DNA from: Octopus sinensis
Taxonomy: Eukaryota
Reading direction: 5' to 3'
Length of the DNA: 64,000 nucleotides
Assembly (NCBI RefSeq): GCF_006345805.1
Contig: NC_042999.1
Location: 127,968,001 to 128,032,000 of the forward strand
Both the position numbers and the translations under genes were made by a program. The notes beneath the pieces are model-generated. The model saw nothing but the letters and a program-made list of their open reading frames with translations, had not been told where the DNA came from and made no database searches. Shown here piece by piece: positions 26,721-39,047 of this stretch; the stretch's first letter is position 1; each line of letters begins with the position of its first letter.

Positions 26721-27172
26721 TATTGAGCTTGATGTTATTACAAGGAGTGTTAATTGTTCTAATTACTGTACATATGCTTCCACTGTACATCTTGAGTGCA
26801 GCTCCATGTGTCTTGAATATGTACAGTGCTGCTATTCCTGTTATTCCTAAAGGCACAATACATTTTAGTGGAAAGTTAGCCCATTGCTAATCTCTAGCTA
26901 ATACGTTTTTTGTATCTCACTCTCTGGGCAAGTCATCTAGCTGCCACACACACACACACACAACACATATTTACATACACACACCTTAGACTTCATTCCT
27001 GATGGCATTCGATAAACATTACATCTTCCACAAAGTTACACTCTGTTCTGAACTCATCTTTCTCACCATCAGTTTTTTTTACTACTGTCTGGATTTTTTC
27101 CTCCACCAGTCTGTTAGCAAATGTTAAAACTTTGCTCTGCTTCCTTTTTATTTTTAATCAATTTTTATGGGT

Positions 27173-27211
<39 letters not shown>

Positions 27212-27587
27212 TCTTTTTTTTTTTTGCAACTATTTTACACAGAACAGATTTCAAGAACTGACAAGAGAATCCTCCTCAAAAAACAAAAATAACAACGTCC
27301 ATCAAAATGCCTGTTGCTCTGTAAAAAAGTTGCTTTTGTTAGTATTGATAAGGTTTATTATAAAAAGTCTAATCCTTTGACCTTTCTTTGTCACGGAAGT
27401 AGCCAACTATTTTACTCTATTTAGTTTTTAGATTACAAGAGCTTATTAACATTAAAGTGTAAACTTGATTTCTATATGAGAGGAAGTGATGAGGATGAGG
27501 TGAATGAGGATGATAACAATGAATGTGATGATGTCTAGTATTTCCTGTGAAAATGCTACAGAGTATCGGTTAAAAGAATCTTTAACC

Positions 27588-27712
27588 AATAAAATTAATG
27601 AGCTATAAAAAGAAAAAAACAAAAAAAACATTGCTGTAAATTATGTCCATATAACAAACAATAAACAAAAAATAATTCTTGTCTTTATTTATTTATTTAT
27701 TTACTTTTTTTT
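27588..27712 (+). terminator. Candidate RALGAPB polyadenylation region
   Basis: AATAAA at 27588 and 27660, followed by a U-rich tract (27676-27712). Earlier AATAAA hexamers also occur (e.g. ~25653), so the site used is not certain. Confidence 0.4.
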
Positions 27713-28408
27713 AATCAAATTAACTGTTGTGAAATTCATGGAAAAATCAACGATCTAATCCACTGCCAAATTTCCTTTCGTCCTTTTGCTGTTTACAACC
27801 ACTAACAAGCTTTTATTGAACATATTTCTTTTTATATTGAAGCTGTTTTTAAACCATTGGGTGAAGTGGTAGGATTTTGGCAACCATCATTTTTCTTTTT
27901 TCTCTTTTTTTTTTTTGTCTATCCATCCGATATGAAATAAATAGTTTATTAATATTTTGAAGAAATATTTCATCTGTCTTTATATTCTGAGTTGAAATTC
28001 CACCAAGGTCAACTTTGCCTTCATCTTTTTGGGGGTCAATAAAATAAGTACCAGTTGAGTACTGGGGGTTGATGTAATCCACTTATCCCCTTCCCTGAAT
28101 TTGCTGATGTTGCGCCAAAATTTTAAACGAATATATTGAAGAAACATCTAAAATATCTGCCATATTCAATATTCATTTTTTAAATTTATATTTTTTCTTT
28201 TTTTTTCTTTACTTGCTTTTATTGCCAAACATACTGGTTATATAATTGTTTTCACTTGTAGTACAGCTTTGCTAACTGACCTTTCTTCTTATAATATTGT
28301 ATCAGGGTTCTAGTTACATTTTATTAAAAATTAACTTTGTCATTCCAATATTGAGCCCTGTAGTATTCAAATTGGCCTTATCAAGCCCAAAATATTCTAC
28401 CTGTTTAA

Positions 28409-28628
28409 CCCTTTCGTTACCAACCCGGTTGAAACCAGCCCTGGCTCTGAGTACAAATGTCATGTTTTCATAAGTTCTGAATTAAAATCTTCCACCAAAT
28501 CTTAGTCACAATTTATGTTTCTAACACTAGCTTAAGGATAACTAAGTTATTTTACTAAATTCTTTGTTATATTTAAAGTAATTGAAAGAAACACAGAGCA
28601 TCTCAAAATAAATACAGTAACGAAAGGG
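28409..28628. mobile_element. TTAA-flanked MITE nested in another MITE
   Basis: ttaa|ccctttcgttac...gtaacgaaaggg|ttaa with perfect TIRs and TTAA duplication, interrupting a copy of the 13.8-kb MITE family. Confidence 0.85.
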
Positions 28629-28928
28629 TTAATCTTCAAACTGATCAGATCTGGCCTTTTGCACCTAATTTATAATGTGATTTTAAAAATAATCACATCA
28701 TTCAAAATCTGAAAGCTACAAGATAGTGTATGAGAAATTCAAAACAATCTGAATAAATACACATTACACTTGAAAAGGTAATCTGAATGCTGAATGGTTA
28801 AACTTTTCTTGGAAGCCGTGACAATTCTTCATAAACTGGTTCCACTTGTAAATGTCACTTGTGGATTATTGCAGTATTCATTTTCACAAACTTGTCTTGG
28901 AAGTTTAGATGTAGAGGTGAAATGTACA

Positions 28929-29390
28929 AGTGCAGGCATGGCTGTGTGGTTAGAAGCTTGCTTCCCAACTCATGGTTCCAGGTTCAATCTCACTGTATGG
29001 CACTTTGGGGCAAGTGTCTTCTGCTATAGCCTCAGGCTGAACAAAGCCATGAGAGTGGATTTGGTAGACAGAAACTAAAAGAAGCCCGTTGTATATATAT
29101 ATATCTATCTGTGTGCTTGTCCCCACCATTACTGCTTGACAACCGGTGTTGGTGTGTTCATGTCTCCATAACTTAGTAGTCCAGCAGAAGAGACTAACAG
29201 AATAAGTACCAGGCTTAAAAAGATAAGCCCTGGGGTCATTTTGTTCAACTATATATATATATATATTGTCAATATAACATATATCAGTAAAAGAACCACA
29301 CTCTAAAGAATAGAGCAGTATTCAACTAAAAAAAGGTGGTGCTCCAGTATGGCTGCAGTTACATGACTGAAACAAGTAAAAGAATAAAAA
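28929..29390 (+). mobile_element. tRNA-derived SINE family A (CORE-like, central microsatellite); many copies, e.g. 6795-7170 (-), 33480-33842 (-), 44740-45390 (+), 46030-46447 (+), 49655-50420 (-)
   Basis: Family head ggcgcaggagtggctgtgtggtaag (A box) ... gggttcagtccc (B box), then accttgggcaagt (CORE-like motif) and tail tgactgaaacaagtaaaagaataaaa. Confidence 0.85.
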
Positions 29391-32300
29391 GTGCATAATG
29401 TATTTTTCTAGTTGCTCATATCACATTAATCCTTTAGCATTCAAATTACTCTCTTAAATGTAATGCTCATTTATTCACATTGTTTTGAATTAATCAAGCA
29501 TTATCTTGTAGCTTTTAGATTTCAATGATGAAATTGTTTATTTTTAGAATAACATTACAGGGTTGGTGTGAAAGATCAGATCTGGCCATTTTGAACATAA
29601 AATAGGTAGAATATTTGAATTGCATATGGCTACTTTAAATACTAAAGGGTTAATTCATATCTGCTGCTAGTATTTTATTGTATATCTTGAAGAAAGCATC
29701 ATCATTATCATTGCACACCCTTTATTTTTTTTATTCTGGTGTGGGCTCGACGATACAGTATTAAGGGAGTATTTTGTGGCTGGATGCCCTTCCTGTTGTT
29801 AACCTGTTTTAGAAGTAGGAGATATTTTCATTCCACTAATTTCCACCTAGTGAAACTTCTAAACTAAGGATATAATATTTGCAGATGTAAAGATAACGTC
29901 ACTGACTCCCAAATGGTGTTATGCAAAAATATCATCATCACCATCATCATCTATGGAAATAATCCCTCCCTCCCTCTCTCTCTCTCTCTCTCTAACACAA
30001 ACACACACACACATGCATGTATATTTCCTTTTGATACCAACCCGCCTAAGACCACCATCCCCTGATTCCATGATACAATATTCCTGTTTTAAAGTTGAAA
30101 TTTAAATTGAAAATTTTCATCAATATTCTATATTCCAAACTCTACTTAATGACAGTTATTTCACTAAATTCTTCTTTATTTTTAAAATTAATTGAAACAA
30201 AAGCAGAGCATTCCAACAGAAATATGGTAACAAAAGGTTTAAAGTAAGGGCTTTTGTACAGTTGCCGTTTACCAGTTTCACTAAAAAGATATTGGTCAGT
30301 CTAAGTTTATAGTAAAAGATGCTATGCAGCAGGATGGAACCTAAATCCACATGATTATCACACAAATATAGCTGCATCTGTATATATATATATTAGGTGC
30401 CCTCTTTGACGCCTTTCTGACAACTCCCATGCAGGTGAAGCTCTCCAGCCCTGCAAGGCAATTCACCAAAGAGAAGGCCTCTTTTATGTTGATAAAGCTA
30501 CTAATTTCTAAAGAGTGGGATTAGGTTGCACTACTATGTGCAGGCAGGAAGAAAATCCTTACAGTGTCAGGGGTCCGTTTACATAGCCACTCTGCCTCTT
30601 AATTTTCAGACACAAAGAAACTGCCATCACATCAAACTGTAAGAAATATATACTAGAATATATGAGAATGTTACTGGTAATAAACTGATACCCTATCTAA
30701 GGATGATTGAGGCTCTTTATCTCTCATCTGCTTAATGCTATGAAATTGAAACAAAGAGGGACAATTAAGTTTTCTAGGCTTAAAATACTTTTACACTTTT
30801 AATTGCTAAGTTTTTGTTGACCCTAATCTAGCTCCAATTATATGTCAGATCTACAGCGGGTAACTGAATACCACCAGCACATAGAAGTTCAAACAAATAT
30901 ATATATATATATATATAGAGTGAGAGAGAGAGAGAGAGCAATAAGAAAATGGAGGGGATCAATAGGTGGTTCATCAACTTTTAGATGCTATATTATGTCA
31001 ACTTATTTTATGTAAAGCATAATATGTTATACATGTATGCATATTCTTGTAATTGTCATTTTTGTAAATAAATAAATAAGTTGACATAATATAATGCCTA
31101 AAAGTTGATGAACCACCTATTGATCCCCTCCATTTTCTTATTGCTCTATAAACTAATGGTAAAATATCTCTTTACCTTGACCCATTTAGTACACTCAGTA
31201 ATGTAATTGCAATGCAATAGAAAACACTTTTGTATTAATAATTGGGTATTCTACCAGCAGTATATTGGAAAGATATTATCCCTTAGTGGGTTGGATTCAC
31301 AACCTCTAACTTTCTTGGAGTTATATATATATATATCATCATCATCGTTTAACGTCCGTTCTCCATGCTAGCATGGGTTGGACGGTTCGACCGGGGATCT
31401 GGGAAGCCAGAGGCTGCACCAGGCTCCAGTCTAATCTGGCAATGTTTCTACAGCTGGATGCCCTTCCTAACGCCAACCACTCCGTGAGTGTATATATATA
31501 TATATATATATATATATTGTCAGTAAGTCATAATTGTTTCAGATCAAATCATGATAGTTATAAACAAGGTTGGTTTACCTCTTAGATAAACAGCAAAATG
31601 ATTATATTGTAGCAATGATTAAATTCAGATATGGTATATGGGTGCTTTGTGTACATGTGTGTGTCCATGTATATATTTCTTCAGGGTCAATGATTCATTC
31701 TGTTGCTATGCTAAGTTTCTCTGCTTCTAGGTGTTTATTCGGGCAATATATAAACAAATGTATTGAGTACATTTCCTCCATTCTATGTGTGTGTGTGTGT
31801 GCATATCAATGCACAAGAGAGAAATGTATTCAATACATGTAGTGCAGTTTATCATTGATTTGATAATTACGTAGCAAATGGGAAGAAACAACTCTGTTTG
31901 AATGAGTTTTTTGTTTACTAAGTTCATACATGTCAACCAGCCTGGATATGCTTTTCACAGTTGATTGCAACTGAAGGACACAATCTCCATTGATGTTGAC
32001 AGTCATCAAACACACAGACATGAAGGAAAATATGAACTAACTCACACAAACATACACATGTACATATATCCTTATATATATATATATATATATATATTGT
32101 CAATATAACATATATCAGTAAAAGAAGCACACTAAAGAATAGAGCAGTATTAAAACAAAGTTAAATTCTGGTCATAGAGTGACCAATGCTTTCATATCCA
32201 TGAAAGCTACAGCCTTGTGGACAATTAATTTAACCTATAAAAATGTTTTTATAGGTCATCCGTTGGACTTTGTTATCCTGTCATTTCCTCACATTCACAA

Positions 32301-32430
32301 GGTAGAAAGTTAAATCTGTCTTTGTATAGAGTCTTATGAGCTGTCCTCAATGCTGTTGCTTTCGTGGATACGAAAGCATTGGTTATTCTATGACCAGAAT
32401 TTAACTTTTGATATATATATATATATATAT

Positions 32431-33459
32431 TATATATAAGGGATATTAGCCAACTGAATATGGCTAGGGACAGGGCAGGGTGGTGGGGGTGTCACTGTTG
32501 CATTTAGCCCCAGGCGAACATCAACGTCACCAGATAGGCCGACGCCATCACGGCGTCCTCTATCTTGCAAAGGGAGATCATTCACCAAGAAGCGGATACC
32601 ACACACGGACCTAGGTTTCAAGGTGTATTGCCTATTATCAACGTGTGGTAGGCATTGCTTCTCGATGAATGACCAACAGTGCAAGATATATATATAGGAT
32701 TTTCAAGTAAATACATTTACTGATTTCGAAAATCCGTTCGACAGCAATAATAATTCTCTAAGTGAGATATAGACAGTGACTGCTCCATAATATAAGGGAT
32801 ATTAGCCAACTGAATATGGCTAGGGACAGGGCAGGGTGGTGGGGGTGTCACTGTTGCAGGCAATACACCTTGAAACCTAGGTCCGTGTGTGGTATCCGCT
32901 TCTTGGTGAATGATCTCCCTTTGCAAGATAGAGGACGCCGTGATGGCGTCGGCCTATCTGGTGACGTTGATGTTCGCCTGGAGCTAAATGCAACAGTGAC
33001 ACCCCCACCACCCTGCCCTGTCCCTAGCCATATTCAGTTGGTTAATATCCCTTATATTATGGAGCAGTTACTGTCTATATCTCACTTAGAGAATTATTAT
33101 TGCTGTCGAACGGATTTTCGAAATCAGTAAATGTATTTACTTGAAAATCCTTATATATATCTTGCACTGTTGGTCGTTCATCGAGAAGCGATGCCTACCA
33201 CACGTTGATAATAGGCAATACACCTTGAAACCTAGGTCCGTGTGTGGTATCCGCTTCTTGGTGAATGATCTCCCTTTGCAAGATAGAGGACGCCGTGATG
33301 GCGTCGGCCTATCTGGTGACGTTGATGTTCGCCTGGGGCTAAATGCAACAGTGACACCCCCACCACCCTGCCCTGTTCCTAGCCATATTCAGTTGGCTAA
33401 TATCCCTTATATTATGGAGCAGTCACTGTCTATATCTCACTTAGAGAATTATTATTGCT
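32431..33459. mobile_element. ~355-bp tandem non-coding repeat with hammerhead ribozyme (retrozyme-like), with inverted 5' segment
   Basis: About 1.2 units on the minus strand (32431-32858) joined to about 1.7 units on the plus strand (32858-33459). Period 355-356 bp, few differences between copies, (TA)n on both sides. Confidence 0.85.
33196..33249 (+). ncRNA. Type I hammerhead ribozyme variant (U3-A8 core); identical core in copy 32597-32650 (-)
   Basis: taccacacg-TTGATAA-t agg caataca cct t-GAAA-CCTAGG-TC-cgtgtgtggta: stem I cacacg/cgtgtg, palindromic stem III ACCTAGGT, GUC cleavage triplet. Confidence 0.7.
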
Positions 33460-34599
33460 ATATATATATATATATATATTCTTTTACTCGTTTCAGTCAT
33501 TTGACTGTGGCCATGCTAGAGCACCACCTTTAGTCGAGCAAATTGACCCCAGGACTTATTCTTTGTAAACCTCTTTTGCTGAACCGCTAGGTTATGGGGA
33601 CGTAAACACACCAGCATCAGTTGTCAAGCAATGTTGGGGGGACAAACACAGATATACAAACATATACACACACATATGTATACATATATATGACAGGCTT
33701 CTTTCAGTTTCCGTCTACCAAATCCACTCAAGGCTTTTGTTGGCCCGAGGCTATAGTAGAAGACAGTTGCCCAAGGTGCCATGAACCTGGAACCATGTGG
33801 TTCGTAAGCAAGCTACTTACCACATAGCTGCTCCTACGTCTATGTAGGAGTGGCTATATATATATCACCACTTCTGGTGATTTGCTGTGCTTGAGAAGCC
33901 ATGTCAAGCTAAGTGAAATCATGGCCATGGCTAGTGTCAGTGACATGTAAAAGGCACCCATGCCAGTGCCATAACTAGCATTCATGCTAGAGACACATAA
34001 AAATGCATTAGGAGGGGCATCCAGCTATAGAAACCAAGCCAAAACTAATGACTGGAGCCTGGTGCAGCTTACCACCTTCAGTCAAACCATCTAACCCATA
34101 CTAGCATGGAAAACAGATGTTAAATGATGATGATGATATATATCATCTTCATCTTTTAACATCCATAATCCATACTGGCATGGACTAGATGGTTTTAGAG
34201 GATCTGACAGGTCCAAGAGCTGCAATGTATTTACTTTGGTATTACTTTTATGGCATAATACTCTTTTCAACCCTATAACATCGGCTGACATAAATTTACG
34301 TGCTGTGTACTTGCTTTGAATCAGAAGACAAAAATATATGCAGCTCTATCTGCTGCAGTTTTGTACCTGTTTGTGTACCAGTTGATATAAATATTTGCTT
34401 TCACTCATGAAATCAATAATAGAGGCTACTATGCAAATTTCAAGGAATCTGATAGGTTTATGAGACTTCATGTAAATATTTCCAACTCAGTTTGAGACTT
34501 CATCACCATAGTAGTATAAAAGCAGCAGTTTTGGCAGTTACACCATTATTTCCACTGACTTCCTATCAAATTTGTACACATTCAGCAAATTCTTCTAAT

Positions 34600-35345
34600 G
34601 TTCTAGCTGGCCTCTGTTGTTTACAGTAGTGCTTGGAAGGAAGGTGTGTAGCGTGTGATCATCATATTGACCATGACAGAGAAAGTTGTCTTGGCGATAC
34701 CTGCTCAGAGGCTTACACAGAGTTGCAGAAAGTGTATGAGCTGCACTCAAGCGTACAAGTGGTTAAGACATTTCCAAGTTGGCTAAAGAAATGCTGAAAT
34801 TGACAAACATTCTTGGAGACCCAAAACTAGCAGAACAGAAAAATATCGCAGCTGTGAAGAGAAATCATTGAATCACCATCCGTGAGTTATCAGAGGATGT
34901 GCAGAATAGTTATGGTTCAGTACAGTCTATTATCACTGAAGATTTGGGTATGAGACGCATGTCTGCTAAGTTTGTGTCAAAACTGCTTTCAGCTGTCTAA
35001 AAAAACACTCAGGTTTCAGTTGCACAAGATCTCTTTGATTGTGTCAAGAACGATAAAAACTTTTTGAAAACTTTGCATAGGCTTCTGAGCAGGTATCACC
35101 AAGATTTTGGCAACACTTGATGCAAATTCCCTGCTCAACTTTCTCTGTCATTATCAATGCAATGAACACACATTACATACCTTCCTTCCAAGCACTGATG
35201 TAAACAGTGGAAGTGAGCTAGAACATTAAAACTTACTGCGTGTGCACAGCAAAGTTTAAGGTTAATCTGTACCAAGGGGTTTTACCCTGCATGCTTTAGC
35301 TTTCTCATTATGGCAATAATCTGAATACTTATAGATCAGACCATA
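34600..35345. mobile_element. Decayed mariner fragments
   Basis: Plus-strand remnant ITIRELSEDVQNSYGSVQSIITEDLGMRRMSAKFVSKLLS (HTH plus WVPxL-equivalent region). Boundaries approximate. Confidence 0.7.
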
Positions 35346-35438
35346 TGTGTATATATATATATACACATATATATATGCATGTATATATACATATATATAT
35401 GCATGTATATATATATATGTATGCATATATATATATAT

Positions 35439-35792
35439 AGGATCCAATCCAGATGACATCGTAGGTGAGTTGGGTGCAAAAATTCTAGGTGAATACTTGA
35501 TAATTGTAAGCACCTGTATATACCATTTAGTGGTGTAGGTGGTTACATCGAGTGAGAGACGAGATAGACGCTTCACTTTTGTGCTGGTGCCCCACCCTGT
35601 CGTACGCAACTGTGAAGATTTGCATCCCCAACGTAAAACTTATAATGTAATACATGTCCTTGAAGTAGTAATTGTACGCGGCTGAAGAAGGCCATAGGCA
35701 CACATTATGCATTGTTATAAATCCGTCTAATAAAGGCCTGAAACATATGTACCGCTGAATCCTTGGCATCATGTTTTTATTTTATTTTGATT
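35439..35792 (+). mobile_element. ~350-bp non-coding element in (TA)n carrying a canonical hammerhead
   Basis: Unique-looking, CpG-retaining sequence bounded by (TA)n on both sides; contains the HHR at 35678-35755. Confidence 0.7.
35678..35755 (+). ncRNA. Type I hammerhead ribozyme
   Basis: gcgg-CTGAAGA-aggcc[loop]ggcct-GAAA-CATATG-TA-ccgc: full CUGANGA/GAAA core, stems I and II pair, palindromic stem III ACATATGT, GUA site. Confidence 0.88.
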
Positions 35793-36217
35793 AATATATA
35801 TATACTTATATATATATATATATATATCTATACAATATGTTACATTACTCGGTAGTCAAGATAAAACTCTGAGTTTCAGATGCCGAAGTGGAAATCCACA
35901 ACACCATCTCTTCGGTTATCTGGCTATTTGAAAACGTTATGAAAAAATACCGTTAAAAATGAAGGGAAATTACTCTGTTATAACTCTGCTTTGCCTGCGT
36001 ACTTATACATCGCTCGCATTTTTCGTCATAAAAATTATATAAAAATACATAAAAATATATAAAATCTTCTTGGGACATAACACAGAAAGCATGTTCTATC
36101 CGTTTTCTTTAGGGGACCAAAAACGTAACAGAAATTTAGTCACATGTGGGCATGATCCGAAAAGCTCTGTCCTTGTATTTAGACATGTGGTAGGGTCTAA
36201 GCTGCTTTTCCAGATAG

Positions 36218-38227
36218 GCTTTCTTTTTTGACACAGAAGCGAACACCAAGGAAAACATTTGCTATCGGATAAAATCCAAAAAATTCCCTCCTAGGATTAA
36301 AGGCTTGGAAGATTTCGAAGCGGACCTGCTGAAGATCATGAGCAAAATAAAGTTTCGTAAGTCTTTTAACAATTTCCAACATAAATTGAAAAAAGATATT
36401 GATCATATAAAAAGCTCCAAGAAAAAAGCACTTTTTTCGGATAAAACCAAGAACTTATACCTGGTAGATAACAGCAAATACACACAACTCTTACACAACA
36501 GCATCATTAATAATTATACTAAGGCTAGGGCACAGACATATAACGAAATTAATAAAGAAGCTAGCGTCATCGCCGCTAAACTTAAATTAGATAAAAAAAT
36601 AGAAACCCTCCCCCAAAAAGAGGCCTTTATTACTATTAAAGACCACAAAGAAAACTTCCTTTCCAACCCTAAATGTAGGCTTATCAACCCAGCCAAGTGA
36701 GAACTAGGGATTATTAGCAAAGAAATTTTAGATAAAATAAATACGAAAATTAAGACCGATACTAGGCTAGTGCAATGGTCCAATAGTATAGAAGTCGTAG
36801 ACTGGTTTAAAGCTATTAAGAATAAGAAAAAAGCGAGGTTTACACAATTCGATATTGTTGATTTTTATGCCTCTATCTCTAAAGAACTGCTAGATAAAGC
36901 CCTAATCTTCGCTAGTGACTTCATAGAAATTAGTACCAATGATAAGGATATAATCTTCCATGCTAGAAAGACATTACTTTTCAGTGAGAATGCAAAGTGG
37001 GTAAAAAACACCGACACGGAGGGCGCTTTCGATGTGAGCATGGGTTCATATGATGGGGCAGGCATCTGTGATCTAATTGGACTCTTTCTCCTAGATACCT
37101 TCGGTAAGACATTCCCTAACGTACATTTCACCATCTACAAAGATGATGCCCTCGCCTTAACAGCTAATACAAATGGACCAGCACAAGATCGTTTTAGGAA
37201 GGATATTATCCAGTTAATGAAACACTTCGGACTTAGTATAACTATAGACACTAACCTGACGGTTGTCAATTTCTTAGACGTTTCCTTAGATCTTAATAAT
37301 AATATTTATAAGCCTTATAGGAAGCCCAATGATAGACTAAGTTATATTAATGTAGGTTCATGCCATCCCCCTATAGTATTCAAAAATTTAGTTAAAAATA
37401 TTAGTAAGAGGATTTCTAGCCTCTCATCTAATGAGGACATCTTCAATAGCGTTGCCCCAGTTTATAATAAAGCTTTAAAAGATAGTGGTTTTAGCGAAAA
37501 AATAAAATATACACCTATCACCAGCCCAACAATAAGGAAAAGGAATAATAGAAATAGGAAGGTCATCTGGTTTACGCCCCCTTACTCACCCGAGGTGGCC
37601 TTCAATATAGGTAAATATTTCCTAGCACTGATAGATAGACATTTTCCAGTTAACCATGCTTATAGGAAACTCTTCAATAGACACAATCTAAAAATTAGTT
37701 TTAGTTCAACTACCAATTTTAAAAACATAATCAATCATAACATACAAAAAACACAAGAAGAAAACAGCTGTTCATGCAGGAATAAAGAATTGTGCCCGCT
37801 AAATAGAGCTTGCATGTCCAAGACCATCATATATGAAGCTACCGTAAACTCTATAACCACTAAAGACACCGTTTCGATGAAGAAATACGTGGGCCTGACA
37901 GAGGGTAATTTCAAGGCCAGGTTCAATAACCACACTTTGAGCTTTAGGCACTGGAACAAAAGAAAAGCGACACAATTATCCAATCATATTTGGTCTTTAA
38001 GAGATAAAGGTGTCGATTATAACATACAATGGAAGATTTTGGCCAGATGTAAGCCCTATACTAACGGCAGCGGAAGGTGCGGTTTATGCGACATGGAGAG
38101 ATGGCTTATCTGGAAAAGCAGCTTAGACCCTACCACATGTCTAAATACAAGGACAGAGCTTTTCGGATCATGCCCACATGTGACTAAATTTCTGTTACGT
38201 TTTTGGTCCCCTAAAGAAAACGGATAG
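36218..38227 (+). CDS. PLE reverse transcriptase plus C-terminal GIY-YIG endonuclease (5'-truncated, one in-frame TGA at 36698-36700)
   Basis: Motifs KDHKENF..CRLINPAK*ELG, QFDIVDFYASIS, FDVSMGSYDGA, IYKDDAL, YRKPND, IWFTPPYS, Cys-rich linker CSCRNKELCPLNRAC, IIYEATV...KYVGLTEGNFKARFNNH, CGLCDME. Listed ORFs 36305 and 36770 share one frame. Confidence 0.92.
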
Positions 38228-38410
38228 AACATGCTTTCTGTGTTATGTCCCAAGAAGATTTTATATATTTTTATATATTTTTATGTATTTTATATAATTT
38301 TTATGACGAAAAATGCAAGCGATGTATAAGTACGCAGGCAAAGCAGAGTTATAACAGAGTAATTTCCCTTCATTTTTAACGGTATTTTTTCATAACGTTT
38401 TCAAATAGCC

Positions 38411-38473
38411 AGATAACCGAAGAGATGGTGTTGTGGATTTCCACTTCGGCATCTGAAACTCAGAGTTTTATCT
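38411..38473 (+). ncRNA. Hammerhead-like motif in PLE pLTR (imperfect core); mirrored in the inverted copy at ~35858-35920 (-)
   Basis: agataa-CCGAAGA-gatg...catc-t-GAAA-CTCaGAG-TT-ttatct: stem I agataa/ttatct, U4-to-C change, one extra base before GAAA. Confidence 0.62.
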
Positions 38474-38565
38474 TGACTACCGAGTAATGTAACATATTGT
38501 ATAGATAAATTTCCTCTATTTACATAATATTGAGGTCTCTTTCTTTCTTTTGTTATCTTACCGTT

Positions 38566-39045
<480 letters not shown>

Positions 39046-39047
39046 CA

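Noticed and set aside
30395-30897. TA-flanked ~500-bp element as another hammerhead carrier (also 31518-31600 and 48470-48650)
   Set aside because: Only partial core-like words were found and the stems could not be paired convincingly by eye.
32430-33533. Four similar 69-130 aa ORFs (…TVTPPPPCPVPSHIQLANIPYI…)
   Set aside because: They arise from the 355-bp tandem/inverted repeat, with different starts and ends and no recognisable domain. The unit is better explained as structured RNA.
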